NCBI GenBank assembly: GCA_000091205.1
Contig: AP006484.2
Source: Cyanidioschyzon merolae
Taxonomy: Eukaryota
Length of the DNA stretch: 64,000 nt
Direction: 5' to 3' (one strand)
A program made the position numbers and the translations under genes. Positions 35,177 to 48,392 of this stretch are shown in pieces; position 1 is the stretch's first letter; the number at the start of each line of letters is the position of its first letter. The notes beneath the pieces were generated by a model, which had not been told where the DNA came from, searched no databases, and was given only the letters and a program-made list of their open reading frames with translations.

Positions 35177-37209
35177 CGCTCCGTCAACGGGTGTGCCAAC
35201 GGGTTTCAGACGCAGCTGCTGACCCTAGTACGGCATTGCAGACGCGCACGCGCGCACGAACCGCTGCGCCTTGCTGGAAATGCGCTCATCGGACGGGCGA
35301 TTCGGGGCTCGGGCGCGCTTATCACCTGCGGATCTTGCAGTTTCTTCGGATTCATGTATTGAACCCGAGTTCCTCGGATACGTGAAGGATCTCGGCTGGT
35401 AGAGAAGCCTCCACTGTTCATACTCACATGAGCCTGCTGCCTGTCGGTCTTAGAGCCGTGTTCCTGTAGGGAACAGAAGCTGGATGGGATCCAGCGACCC
35501 CGAAAGCACCAATGAAGGGCGCGTGCAGCATTGCTGAATATTTCGTGATACAGTATCAGCGAATCGTGTGATGTTTTCCTGCATACCCAATTGACGTATT
35601 TGAGCAAGGAAGAGAATTCAATGCCTCTATATACGTTTCTGCGTAAATCACAGTCCAGATCAGTCTTCCTATCACGAATCTACGCTGTAATGGCCAAGAA
35701 ATCTTGGGCAGGGTAACCAGCACACCGCAAACAATCGCTGCAACGCTGATTGCGGAGCTGCTGCTGCTGCTGCTGCTGCCGTTGTGGACAATCATTCGCG
35801 ACTGAACAGTTCTGCGCTGCCTGTATGCGCGTCGACTCGAGGCCGCCGCCGCCGCCGCCGCCGCGAACGCTCGTGCATCGTGGGCGAACGCGCAAAGCCG
35901 TTCGTGAACGGTGAATCATAAGCTGGGCTTTCGTGTCACATGTTTTCGTATAAGTCAGCCAGACACTCATGTCATGCAATACGCGGAAGAGCGCTACTAT
36001 CCTAACTCGAGCGTACGCTGCACAGTTTGGGTCTGCTCCCACTATCATCGATGCCGGTGTTTGCGGGCTGTTTCAGCGACGGCTTTCTCTTCTTCCCTCA
36101 TATACTGGGCGTTACGTACGTCGGTTTCTCCGGTACCTCCAGTTCCACTTTCATCAGTCTTGGGATATTTATGGTTGTGTTCAAGTCCCGATTCCAATGC
36201 TTCTGTCTGTTGTCCATGACTTGCATACACAGGCGCAACTCGCGTTGGACGCTTCGTTTGCCAATTTCATGGACTCTGTATACAGTTTCGGTGAGCCCTC
36301 GGCTGCGCGGACACGTTGCCTTGGTCAGATATTCCCATATGTCCACCAGGCCTCCTCATCTGAAGGTCGATCTGTGAAGCGTGACCGGCTGCTTCATCGC
36401 TTGCAACATGCCCTTGACGAGTACAGAAGGCGAGCCTCGGTACCGCCCTCTGTATCCGCGCCATGAGCTGGGCGCTATGCTCGCGAGCGTCCCCTTAACG
36501 ATTCCTCGGCGAGTACGCTGTCCGCTGCACACGCTGTTCCATTCCATAGCATACTTGTCGGATGCGATGTCGTCCATGGTGAAACGGGTACTGAAAGGAA
36601 GATCCTGGCCGGAGAACAAGTCGTGAAATTTCGTACCGTCTGCACTCTTGTAGTACGAAGTGGAGGCGCACGTTGCGCCGGAACCGACCGCTGCGATGAC
36701 TCTAGTTCGTGTCTACGACGTTTTCCTAGCTTACATAAGATACAAGATCTTCTCTAGGCATATCACTTGCTAGTTATAATGCTGTTGCCGAATGCGTTCG
36801 TCGATTGCCACAAATAGAGGATAATTTGAATTCCGAAGGGATTCAATTATGCGACATGATAAGTTCAGTGACCTTTTCGCATGAGCTTTTGAACAAATCG
36901 CCAACGGACAATGCCGCGTATCGCTTTCCTCGGTAGCCCGGCAGCGCGGATAGCTGCGCCCTCGAGTCGCCATGAAACGGAAAGATCATCCGTTTGAAGC
37001 AGGCATGATTTGAGTCTGCTATACGTAAGGAAATCAGAATCGTGATGCGTTTTACGTATGGGTTGGGTAATGATATCGGTTCGGTTACGAAACCTTATCT
37101 CAGGACGTCACGGAACGTCTTTGTTCCTGTATCGTAACAAAGTCGACGGACGATGCGCCGAAATAGTCTCTCCCGAACGACGACCATGCATCCTAAATTG
37201 ACGATATCA

Positions 37210-37685
37210 TCCGTACGCCCATATCATTGTACTTGGCCTATAGAAACTATGCATCTCCATAAAAGTCTGCATCCCAATCGCGAGACAGGAGCAGAGCATG
37301 CGCTTTGTACGCCCGTATCATTGTACTTGGCCTATAGAAACTATGCATCTCGATAAAAGTCTGCATCCCAATCGCGAGACAGGAGCAGAGCATGCGCTTT
37401 GTACGCCCGTATCATTGTACTTGGCCTATAGAAACTATGCATCTCGATAAAAGTCTGCATCCCAATCGCGAGACAGGAGCAGAGCATGCGCTTTGTACGC
37501 CCGTATCATTGTACTTGGCCTATAGAAACTATGCATCTCGATAAAAGTCTGCATCCCAATCGCGAGACAGGAGCAGAGCATGCGCTTTGTACGCCCGTAT
37601 CATTGTACTTGGCCTATAGAAACTATGCATCTCCATAAAAGTCTGCATCACAATCGCGAGACAGGAGCAGAGCAAACACTTCTGT
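37210..37685. repeat. Tandem array of 5 units of 94 bp
   Basis: Unit: gtacgcccgtatcattgtacttggcctatagaaactatgcatctcgataaaagtctgcatcccaatcgcgagacaggagcagagcatgcgcttt. Unit starts are at 37213, 37307, 37401, 37495 and 37589. There is no sequence similarity to the 92-bp satellite. The array lies about 330 bp upstream of the SAHH start codon. Confidence 0.95.
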
Positions 37686-38018
37686 GCTCCGTCGGCTTCT
37701 GATCTGCTTCGAGTCGATGTCCTGCGTACGCCTGGCAAGCAGCAAGGGTGCGCTTGCGCAGCACTGACCTGCACCCGGCAGGAGCGGATGAAGCTCCATC
37801 GCAACACCACCGCGCCGTCGCCGATGACGCACGCCGGCCGCAGCGCGCATCGCACCGGCGGTGTGCGATGCGGACGCGACATCGACGCGCCTACAGCTGT
37901 GGGGCGTTGCTGCTTCGCAGTGTGAAACGTGAGGCAGGTTCATATCACGCTGCGAACGCTTTTCGTGAGGTGCCTGCATAGATCAATTATTTTTTCTGAA
38001 AGTCTAGTATTCTGAATC

Positions 38019-39563
38019 ATGCAAGAGGGGAGTGTTACGCAAACGCTGGAGAACAAAAAAGCAATAGACGGAACGGCAAGCACGCTGAATCCTGTTGTGG
38101 CTTCCGGTGACTACCGCATCGCGGACCTGAAGTTAGCCTCCTGGGGTCGAGCCGACATCTCGCTCTCTGAATATGAAATGCCTGGGTTAATGGAGCTTCG
38201 GCGTGAGTACGCTCCGCAGCAACCACTGCGGGGCTTGCGCGTGGCCGGCTCCCTACACATGACAGTACAAACGGCTGTGTTGATCGAGACGTTACGCGCG
38301 CTGGGTGCGGAACTCCGTTGGTGTTCCTGCAACATTTTTAGTACTCAAGATCATGCTGCTGCAGCTGTTGTGGCGGCAGGTACTGCGCACGTCTTCGCTT
38401 GGAAAGGGGAATCCTTAGACGAGTACTGGGAGTGCACGGATCGAGCGCTCACGTGGGCCGACCAAGAGGGTCCCGATCTCATCGTTGACGACGGTGGCGA
38501 TATGACGCTGCTTATTCACGAGGGTTTCAAGGCAGAGAAGGAGTACTCGAGCACTGGAAAGTTGCCGGATCCGGAATCCACGACGAATGCAGAGTTCAAG
38601 TGCGTTTTGCGTACTATTCGCGAATCAATCCAGCGTGATCCGACGCGTTTCCAGCGAATCGCGAATCGAGTCATTGGTGTCTCTGAGGAGACGACAACCG
38701 GTGTGAAACGTCTCGTGCGAATGGCACAAGAAGGCACGCTCCTTTTCCCAGCGATCAATGTGAACGACTCAGTCACCAAATCCAAGTTCGATAACATCTA
38801 CGGCTGTCGCCACTCGCTCATAGATGGCATCGCCCGTGCAACGGACGTCATGCTTGCAGGCAAAGTATGCGTCGTCTGCGGGTTCGGCGACGTAGGCAAG
38901 GGCTGTGCAGAGGCACTGCGCGGCGCCGGAGCGCGGGTATTCATCACAGAAGTCGATCCGATCTGCGCCTTGCAGGCATGTATGCAAGGGTACACGGTGA
39001 CAACCCTGGAAGATGTTCTCGACATTGCAGATGTGGTGGTAACTGCCACCGGCAACCGTGACATCGTGATGAAGCACCACATGGAGCGGATGGCGTATGC
39101 TCGGCGACCAGGAGGCGACCAGCCGCCGTCGGTGCCGATCATCTGCAACATCGGGCATTTCGATAACGAAATCGACTGGTCTGGACTCGTGTCGGATCCG
39201 AGCATTGAACGAGTCACCATCAAACCGCAGGTCGACCGTTTCATCTGGCCGCATGGTGGCTCTGTCATCATCCTCGCGGAGGCTCGACTCGTGAACCTGG
39301 GCTGCGCCACAGGCCATCCATCGTTCGTGATGTCGTGCTCGTTTGCGAACCAGACAATGGCCCAGATTGAACTTGCTGCGAATCGGAACACGGGCAAGTA
39401 CCAGAACTCGGTGTACGTACTACCGAAACATCTGGACGAGAAGGTTGCTCGGCTCCATTTGGCAAAACTTGGGGCGAAGCTTACCAAGCTCACACCAGAG
39501 CAGGCTGAGTATATTGGCGTGGATAGCGACGGGCCGTACAAATCAGCGGCATATCGCTACTGA
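38019..39563 (+). CDS. SAHH: Adenosylhomocysteinase (S-adenosyl-L-homocysteine hydrolase), plant/bacterial-type with the approximately 40-aa insertion
   Basis: [24 protein letters not shown]...[31 protein letters not shown]...[20 protein letters not shown]...[14 protein letters not shown]. This is the canonical AHCY sequence end to end, with the NAD-binding GxGxxG and the C-terminal YRY. Confidence 0.95.
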   Translation: MQEGSVTQTLENKKAIDGTASTLNPVVASGDYRIADLKLASWGRADISLSEYEMPGLMELRREYAPQQPLRGLRVAGSLHMTVQTAVLIETLRALGAELRWCSCNIFSTQDHAAAAVVAAGTAHVFAWKGESLDEYWECTDRALTWADQEGPDLIVDDGGDMTLLIHEGFKAEKEYSSTGKLPDPESTTNAEFKCVLRTIRESIQRDPTRFQRIANRVIGVSEETTTGVKRLVRMAQEGTLLFPAINVNDSVTKSKFDNIYGCRHSLIDGIARATDVMLAGKVCVVCGFGDVGKGCAEALRGAGARVFITEVDPICALQACMQGYTVTTLEDVLDIADVVVTATGNRDIVMKHHMERMAYARRPGGDQPPSVPIICNIGHFDNEIDWSGLVSDPSIERVTIKPQVDRFIWPHGGSVIILAEARLVNLGCATGHPSFVMSCSFANQTMAQIELAANRNTGKYQNSVYVLPKHLDEKVARLHLAKLGAKLTKLTPEQAEYIGVDSDGPYKSAAYRY

Positions 39564-41209
39564 GCGGAAAGCGAAAGCCCTGCGAGACGTCGCTGCCGCT
39601 ACGTACATGCGGCACGCTCTCGACGGCTTGGCGTGCCTGTGCTGTGCAAAGCAATGGACGCACGTTTAGAGACATAAATAGCGCCTGCTGCATGGATCTG
39701 CCCGGTGTCCGCTCTGTGCATCCTTGAAAGCTTTTGCGAGGAGGTATGTCCACATCTATTGCTCCAGTAACCCAGTTTTGGACAGCTGTGAGCGCCACTT
39801 GCGCAACGCATATGGCAACGGCTGCCGATACCACCAGTGTCCTGACTGCATGTACGAAGGCCTGGGGCGTGCGCCTAACGTTGCAACCACTGCCGTGCGA
39901 CAGAGCAAGCGGCATCGCGGTGGCATTTCGGTGTATGGCCAGGGATTGTGCTTAAGCACGTGACCGCCAAGTACATGTTCATCGTCAGAAATTCATGCAA
40001 TGGACAATGCGAGCTCTACCTCGACGATAGGGTATCGATCGCATGCGGCCTGTAATGACGATTGTAGCGTATGCGCTAGTCCATTGCCGCTCACCAATGG
40101 ACGCGTTTCGTTCGCCAACATGGGGTAGTGTTTGGCGCCTTTTCGCGTAACGATGATGAGCATTGTCCTGCGACCCGTTGCTCCGGCCGTGCGGCAAGGC
40201 CGCATTTCTTTTCGATCGTCTAGGATCGGTGCATCGAACCAGGGATTCTCCCGGTATGTGCGCGGGCGAATGCCCTGAGCGTCGCTGCATGGCTACGTTT
40301 GGATTGTTCTACAAAATCTATAAATATACAAATTTGAAATGCGTGGGGTACACACGAAGCGTCGCTGCATCGCAATGACCGCCTCGTCCTCTAGAATACG
40401 TAAATGAATGAGAATTCGATGGCGTCGATGGCGAGGCTCTTCCAAGCCGCTGAGGGCACCGATTGCGCGAGGCATCCAGCTTCTGCTCTTGTGCGTCCAG
40501 CTTGCGTCATTGGCGCTGCAGCGAGAATAGTCCATGATGTCTATGGACATGAGGAAACAGGCAGTGGACTGTTCAGCGCTGAGCACCGACGAGCACGTTC
40601 GCTGTCGCCATGACAATGTCCGTTCTGGCACACGAGGCAGCTTGAGGATCTGCGCGAGTGCTGTAACATCCGAGTCAAAATAGAATGGAGCATTGGACTA
40701 TGCGACCGGTAACTGTAGCTCGATTCTCTCAGAACTTTTCTCGCATGTTCAACCTCGATATTCGAAGAGCAGCAATAAAGGCTTGCGGATTCACACGCAT
40801 TTTTTTGGATTCGAGGTTGCTTCTTTGGAATAGCTCATACGAATATCTGATGCTGAATTTGGTCACGTCACCGGAATCAGGATGATTCCCAACGCCCCCG
40901 GAATGAAACTTTCGCAAAATAGCCGAAATCAACTTCGATTTCAAATGTACAAGCCTCCAATCTTCTCCGTTCCGGACGTGACGCATGTCTCAAGTCCTCG
41001 ATCATTCTGTTTCGGGATACATCATGGGTAAAGCACTTGCCGCCGTTGGATTGTCGTGGGAAACATACACGGTATTGACTCTTCAGGAGTCGTCCACAAG
41101 GCCATGCTGAGCGCTCACTGCACTTTTCTCGCCGAAAAATCGATTTCGTTAGAGGCACAAATCCGCCACTTTTTGTGGTCAGCGACGAAATGGCATTCGA
41201 CAGAAGCAT

Positions 41210-41470
41210 GATGCCCGTCACTTGATATGCTCCTAGAGGCTCCAGTCTCTTCCATTTGCACGGAGCAGGGTCTTGGATTCGGACTCGAGTCATCGCAGCG
41301 ATCGCCTGCAATAGATAGTTTGTCATCAATGCGTGCGAAAGGCGCATACACAGATCGGAATTTCTCGACTTGATCTCCATCCTGGATTCTCCTGCCGGTG
41401 CTTGGTTCATCATAAACAATATCACGTTCCAGAGATCCCCTATCGAATGGAAAAATGTGCACTGGCGCGT
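41210..41470. repeat. Dispersed repeat family C, copy 2
   Basis: See the family C copy 1 feature at 10255-10560. Confidence 0.7.
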
Positions 41471-42799
41471 CCAGTGGACGCGGTGCTCGCCGAGGGCATC
41501 GCCGGGAGGAGAGAGTGATCTTCAGGTGCGGCACACGGCGCAGAAAAGAGAAAGGGTATCAGGAGGAGCCCTCTGAACTCGCCAAGGGCATGTACTGAAC
41601 GACGAAGCGAATGTCTACTCGCCACAGAGAGTCGTTTAGAGGAGCAGCAATGGTATACATATGGGGACCTTTGAGCACTGCCAAGTCCTAGCGCCGCGAG
41701 GCTCGCACCAAGCCACCATACAAATACGATGAAAATAGCAAGCGAAGCGTAGATTGCGACTTTCGCCAGTGCAAGAAAAGCGTTGACAATAGCCAGAAGT
41801 GTCTACATCGGGACTTGCGCGTTCATCTGCATCGTTCCGCTGCTGATAACAGTGCTTGGGGGTACAAGAGATCCCTGAGTTTTTAAAGCCGGCGGAAACA
41901 GAAAGGAACCGGAACCAGTCGCAGAGACAGCACGCCAACGCCGGCTTTCATCACAGCAGGAAAGGCTCGAGCTTGAAGGTCTACGTCCGAGTGAGCAAAA
42001 CTTACCCGTACCATTTTTGTCCGAGAAGGGTGTAGTGGTACCCGCAGGCGCGTCCCTCGCAGCGCCAGGAAAATCCCCATGCTGCTGCGGCGGCCGAGTC
42101 GTCCGTAGAGTCATGATATTGACGTCCGAGTCATGCTCCAGCGTCTCTAATGCAGGGTCATATACTGGATGAAGGGTGTCAAAATTAGAGCTGCAGCGGG
42201 TATCGAGATGCGTAAATGCGCCCTTCTTCGTGATAAGGCAGATAAACGCGGCAACACGGAATGTTTATCCCGAGGGTCGCATCTTGCGCCTGTCGGCGCA
42301 CCCGAGTAAACGGAAGCACACACAAGCATTGCTATGGAGAGTAAGCGGCCGCTAGCGACATTTAGAACCGGGAAGACACAACAGGACGGTGAGCCTTGCG
42401 GCGGCGGTGGCGGTGGCGGCGGTAGCAACAGAAACTGCAGCGATCTGTTGCTTCCAAGTTTAATTTCGTTCAGAAAGCTTCGCAAGAGGTATAAAGTGAC
42501 TTCCTTCTCAGGACAGATAGGACGAGTCGGGCTTCACGAACTAAGATCCACGCAAACTAGCGCCAGAGAACGCGAGTCGACCACGTGGCGGTCAGCCGTT
42601 TTGGAGCCCGAGGACTCCGCTTAAAGCGAACGTTGAACATAGCTGGGAACAGAAGCAGTACTGCACTTTGAGGCGCCCTAGGTTCAGCTGCATCGAGTCA
42701 GGCAAGTGTTTCTTGGTTATACACGCTGGGCGGTCGCAAGTGTTTCTGGTGCACGCCGGGTGCCCGCTGTAGCTCCAGCGGACCGAACAGGGCAAGCGG

Positions 42800-45379
42800 T
42801 TGTACCTGTGGGCGGAAACGAGCGGCCTCCAGTGCCGCGCTGTACGTTCTTTTCTGAACCGGACGGCGCTCGGGGTACCGGCTCCGAGAGCTACTGTGGA
42901 AGCTCTGCTGTACGTTTCCGTTGGGTTCGGCTTTGCGTCTCAACGGGGAACGATCGCTCTCCGCGCTAGGGTCTCGCTTTGCATGGAGGCGGAACAGAAA
43001 CCAACAAAGGATGTCACCACTGGTCGCACCGACGGAAGCGCATCCACTGAAGAAAGCGCAACAGCGTCTGTAGCCGGCTCAGCTGAGCGAAACACGAGTG
43101 CATCACGCGCTGCAACTTGTTGTGGAGCGGACGCTTTACCCAGTAGCCGGGCTGTCCTAGCACGGAACGTCTCCGAGAGTCCTGACCAGTCGGCGGAAAC
43201 CTTGGTTGCTCGTCTCGCCGCTACCAAAGCCGAGCTCGAACGAACGCGATCAGAGTATGCGGCATACAGAGAAAGCGTTCAGCGAACGTTGGCGCTCATC
43301 CTACCAGAAAAGCCCTTTGTGATTGCGTTTGAGGCCCTTCGTCGAGGCTACACCACGGTCAGGGACACCCAGATCGTCCGTGATATGTGCCAACGAGTGA
43401 ATGGACCTCAATGGGATGCCATTTTCGAATCGTTCTACCAAGCTGTGCTGTATTACCGCGAGTTACGACCGTCTTCACTTGTCCAACGCGATGCCGACCT
43501 GCCGCAGGACTGGTTTCGCGAGCCTTGGTACTGCCTCTACCCACAGTTCATGGGCACGGAGCAGGATGATGTCCTAGCCAAAGTGCACAGCTTTCGTGAC
43601 CTGATCGATCTTTTACCTTACTGGGAGGCACTCGGGATACGGAATTTGTCGCTGCTTCCTCATTACGACAGCGACTGGGCTGACGGGGGTTACGACGTTC
43701 GTGCGTATCGGCCTCATCCGGCGCTTGGTGGTCTCGAGGCGTTCCAGGAGTTCGTCTCGGCGGCAACGCAACGCGGGTTTCGCCTCATGACGGAGGCTAT
43801 ATTCAGTCATACGGCAACCGATCACGAGTGGTTTCAACGCGCACTTCGCGGCGAGTCGCGATACCTTCGCTACTATCTCCGGCGCGATGGAAGGGAGAAA
43901 ATTGGGGAATACGAGCGCAACGGGGAAGTCATCTGTCGGTATCGAGACCCTGACGGCACCATCACCGAACGCATATGTTTGTTCCCTGATATTGACCGTA
44001 CGCATGGACTTTGGGTGCAGGTTAAGAGACAAAACGGGTCCGTTGCGTCGGAGAAGAACGAAACCAGCACGGAGACGGTTCAGTTCTATCGCACTTTTCT
44101 TCCATTTCAGGTCGATCTGAATCTCCAAAATCCAGATGTTTTGCAGGAATTTTTCCACCTCCTCGGTGAAGAGTTACAGTTGGGAATTCTCGGCAAGCGT
44201 ATAGACGCAGTGGCGCACTGGGTCAAGCGTCCCGGAACCCCCGGCGATGGACTCCCTGAAACCCACACTCTTCTGGCGCTCTTCAAGTCATTCATTCATC
44301 ACCTGTGTCCACGCGCAGTGCTGATGCCCGAGGCCGTACGACCCAACCATATCGCCAGCCAATACGCTGGTATCGGAACGGAGCTTTGCGGAAATACGCG
44401 CAGCTCTGAGGGCGATCTTGTCCTCTGCTTTGAGCTGCAGGCAGCGCTTCGTGAGATGCTCTGGTTCCGTCGAACGGCGCCCTGGTGGCGTGTTGTACTG
44501 CAACTTCCCAAACTACCGGCAGGCGCGGATTGGTGCGTTCCGTTTGCGCACCACGACGATATTTATCTGGGGTTCTTTGAGCCATCGGTGCGTGCTGACG
44601 CAGTCCAGTGGATACGCACATGTGGCGGGCTCGTCTACCGTGGCGGCATCTCGGCGGCGTGTAGTGAGTACGACCTGCTGGCGAGGGATCCGCGGCGCCT
44701 GGGCCTGGCGTTTTTCATCTTGCTCGTGGGTGTCGGCACGCCGTTCCTCTACCAGGGTCTGGAGCTTGGAATGAGTAGTTCCTTTGATTATGCGCGGTTG
44801 CAGATGCAAAGACGCTACGAGCGACTGAAGAAATGCGGCGTGCTGGTAGCAGAGGGCGCCTGTATGGATCCTCGCGACCTTCATCGTGGTCCGATCCCGC
44901 GGGCTCTTCTCTGGGAAGCTCTGGAGCAGAGCGAGGCCCAGGGCTATCAAGTACCGACCAGGCTGGGGTTCGGTGTGGCGATTCTTCGACAACTGAATGC
45001 GCTGCGCTCGGCGCGGCCCAGTTTGCGTTCGGGAAGCATTCAACCGATTGATACCGGTCGTGCGGAGATTATCGCGTTTATTCGGCATCATGGCTCACGG
45101 GACGGTCCATTGTTGTGTGCAGCGAATCTTAGTGATAGCGAGGTCGAGATGGTTACACCGTCGTGGCAGCTAGGGGCTTATTTAGGGACCAACACCGCAA
45201 CCGACTTGGTCTGCAGCGATCTCCTGCGAGATGCTGGCACTTTTGCGGTTCCAGACGGTGAGCGGGAAGCGTCGGGCGCCCAGAAGAGGTTGCGTTTACA
45301 GGGCACCGGTTACGTGCTTCGTCTTGAGCCGCTTGCGATGCAGATTCTAGAGCCGAGCAAGCCCACGCGTCAGAAGTAG
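42800..45379 (+). CDS. Amylosucrase-like GH13 enzyme (GH13_4-type alpha-amylase family) with a roughly 200-aa N-terminal extension. The true start may be the internal Met at about 42983.
   Basis: VLAKVHSFRDLIDLLPYWEALGIRNLSLLPHYDSDWADGGYDVRAYRPHPALGGLEAFQEFVSAATQRGFRLMTEAIFSHTATDHEWFQRA and ...LGKRIDAVAHWVKRPGTPGDGLPETHTLLALFKSF align block-for-block with Neisseria-type amylosucrase. The matching amylosucrase blocks are LFGKVNNLRDLIPYLQELGVTYLHLMPLF...DGGYAVSSYRDVNPALGT...FIFNHTS-EHEW and [30 protein letters not shown]. Confidence 0.8.
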   Translation: MYLWAETSGLQCRAVRSFLNRTALGVPAPRATVEALLYVSVGFGFASQRGTIALRARVSLCMEAEQKPTKDVTTGRTDGSASTEESATASVAGSAERNTSASRAATCCGADALPSSRAVLARNVSESPDQSAETLVARLAATKAELERTRSEYAAYRESVQRTLALILPEKPFVIAFEALRRGYTTVRDTQIVRDMCQRVNGPQWDAIFESFYQAVLYYRELRPSSLVQRDADLPQDWFREPWYCLYPQFMGTEQDDVLAKVHSFRDLIDLLPYWEALGIRNLSLLPHYDSDWADGGYDVRAYRPHPALGGLEAFQEFVSAATQRGFRLMTEAIFSHTATDHEWFQRALRGESRYLRYYLRRDGREKIGEYERNGEVICRYRDPDGTITERICLFPDIDRTHGLWVQVKRQNGSVASEKNETSTETVQFYRTFLPFQVDLNLQNPDVLQEFFHLLGEELQLGILGKRIDAVAHWVKRPGTPGDGLPETHTLLALFKSFIHHLCPRAVLMPEAVRPNHIASQYAGIGTELCGNTRSSEGDLVLCFELQAALREMLWFRRTAPWWRVVLQLPKLPAGADWCVPFAHHDDIYLGFFEPSVRADAVQWIRTCGGLVYRGGISAACSEYDLLARDPRRLGLAFFILLVGVGTPFLYQGLELGMSSSFDYARLQMQRRYERLKKCGVLVAEGACMDPRDLHRGPIPRALLWEALEQSEAQGYQVPTRLGFGVAILRQLNALRSARPSLRSGSIQPIDTGRAEIIAFIRHHGSRDGPLLCAANLSDSEVEMVTPSWQLGAYLGTNTATDLVCSDLLRDAGTFAVPDGEREASGAQKRLRLQGTGYVLRLEPLAMQILEPSKPTRQK

Positions 45380-48300
45380 CGTGGGTACTACTGTTAGGGA
45401 AACTTGTGCAGAATTTCACAGCGGCTAGCGTGGTATCTAAACAATGGATAGAGAAACCAGCTTCGAGGATGCTATGCGCTAATAACTGGGGCGCATTCCG
45501 AAGAGCTGCCTATGCGCGAGCGCGTTGTCTTCTCTGGTGAAGCACCCGGCTGCACTGCAGTGCTGTGCAGCGCGGTGTTGCGGATCCGCTTGGGTACGGT
45601 TCCCGACGTAGCGCGGTACAGAAGCGCAATCACAATCTGCTTTTCATGCAGGTGAGCGCTGGTTGATGCTGCGACTTGATCAGGATCTGTGGGCCGTTTC
45701 ATGAGAAACGAATGACAGGCTCATGGAATTTGCGGTTCCGTCGGTGGTAGCGATGCAACTCGTGAACCACTTACCTCGTAATATGGTGACTCTGAGCGAC
45801 GCTGCCAAATGGTTCGTGAGCATGAACGTCCTCGTCACACGGATGCAGTCGTTCGGAACAGCGGCTTTATGGGACCTGTCCTCGACGATGGTGTCGATCC
45901 TGTGCTTGCAGTGCTTGAAAACAAGGAGCGTAGAGATGGGATCTGCACAGTCCATGGAGCCTCACAGTGATTCCGCGCTGGTCTTCTCCGCAGAGGTACG
46001 CCCAGTGCTTATGCTCATTCACGCTAGCGTCTCTTGGTTCGAACTTGGTTTGAGCGATTGAACGCGGCTGCACGATTCAAACGCCGAACAGGGGCGGATT
46101 CCACTTGGCGATGGCAGCAGCCGGGGGCACGACGCTCGACGACGCCATCTTTCTCCACTGGAACGATGTTTGGAGCTAATCAAGTGCTGTTCCTATCGAG
46201 CGCGCCAGTTCGATGAGATTGACGACGCCCAACAAGTTCATGCGAGTCGTGGAACCTGAGATGCGGAGCTTGCGCTCGCGGTGGCGCTTATTACAACTGC
46301 TTAGCACCAGTCGCTGTGACGAGCCCGCAGCAGCAGCAGCAGCGCCCGACAGGACTCGGGGCGGATCAGTTACCACCCGTGCTGTCTACCGTGGTCAGAT
46401 ATTCCCAAATGTCCGCCAAATTTAGTTTTCCTCCGAGCGCTACCCTGTCGCGCGTGAACGCTCGCCTCATCGCTCGATACACTCTACTGAAACCTACAGA
46501 AAGCTTCGCACCATGCCCTCTTTCGTTCCGTTGCCCGGCGTCGTAGCCCGGAATTACGGGCTTCGTCTGGGAAATCCGATCGGAAAGTACTCTGTCTACC
46601 GCACATACAAGAGCACACTGATCCACGCTACGGAGGATTTGTTGAACGAGATGTTTCTTCCCGATGAAATAACTGCCGCAAGGAGGATCCAAGATGGAAA
46701 AACTCTATCCATCTAGGCTCCGTTCATGCAAAGAGATGTCGAATTCTCCACGGTAGGGGATCGTTGCAATGACTCTGGTCAACGTTTAAGACCCGCTTCT
46801 CATGCATAAAGAAAAGACGGTAACGTCTAGGAACATAATCAGCAGCGCATACCACGCTGCTGTCGAATGGCGTTTCGTGGATGATCACGTTGACGGGAGG
46901 ATTTATCTTTCGAGCGGAATCGATGGGTTGATTTTACAACTTCGTTGAACCGCTCGACGTGATCGTAAGAGCATGTCGTCGACGGACGACGTCCTGTACT
47001 GTTCCTCAACATTCCAGTGACGCGAATCGCTCCGCCCACGAGTTGCCTGGATTCGAAAAGATAAAGAACTTGAAGAAAACCTATTGTCAGTATACCAGGT
47101 GTACCAAACCAAAAGATGGACGTGTTGTGCATATAAAATTCGTTATGATATCGGTTACTTGATGCGAATCTGAGTGCGAAGGCGTTGCGCGTCCTCTTGA
47201 ATCCAGTGGCATAACGAGATCCAGCGGCAAAGCATCAAAGAAACTACTCCAACAAGACAACCAAGAATCCCAATTTTTGCTATGAATCCATAAGGGCTGA
47301 TTACAGCACCTCGTATTCAGGGCCTGTACATCAAAAGCAAGTTTCGAAATACATCGCCAGGCAGCAACAGAGCACGCTCATCATTTTTCCATGTCAAAAT
47401 CAGTCGAGTCTAGAAGAGGGTGCTGCCTGAAACATCCACGTACAATAAGGACAAACGCTCCATGGGTCCATGGACATGCATGCACCCACCTCTTCGTCTA
47501 ATTCCTGAGCGCAGGCATCGTGAACATGTGTGCGCAAGTTACCTGAATAGACCAGCTGGGGGCAGCACTCCCAGTAGCGCGCACGCAGCCTCAGGCCGCC
47601 AACTCCTCAGGACGTCCCAAACCCTTGACATTACCTACGAAACAGATTCAGACGACTCCAACCTGACAAATACTCATATTGTCCAAATCTCGCGTCTCCA
47701 ACAACAAGTTAGAGCAAGCTGACTTACACCAAGAATAGAACGTCCCCGCATACGCTGTGTCTGCTCGAAGCTGCTTCTACGCGCGATCGTGCACCGCGTG
47801 GTTGCGCGCCGCCGCCAGATGATGCAGCGATTCGATCTGGCGCTACGAAGAAGCATTCGTGCGCTCTATGGCAAAGGCGGCCAAAAAGCACCAACGGCAT
47901 CTTAACGATGATCATGATCATCATTAATGTTGACGATATCACCATCAACATCAACAACATCGCTAACAGCATAGGATCCAAGACCTCCAGTACTCGTAGC
48001 AGTCGTAGCATCCTCGCTTATAGCGCACGATCGCTAGAGGCCTTTGCGCATCATCGCCGCCGCCGCCGCAGCTGCTGCCGCCGCCGCCGCCGCCTTGGAA
48101 TCTCCCGACGGGTTGATCCAGAGCGGCTCGGTACCGTAGGGAGGCAGGTACGAGGTTTAGGTTTCGCCTGGAGCGCGCTTTGGGGCAGCCTTTTCAGGGC
48201 TGTTCTCGAACACTCTTGCTCTATTTGCAAAAGTCTTAGTTCACTGTGGTTGCGTGCGCGAGTTGTGTTGGCGCTCTGCTCTGGTGCAGTGGACTTGGTG

Positions 48301-48392
48301 ACAACGTTCACTGGAACGGAAGCGTCACGAGGCGTGAGCAGCGCTGCGCGTGTCGCGAGGCAGAGCGAACCTTCTGGCTTGCTTGGTCCTGA

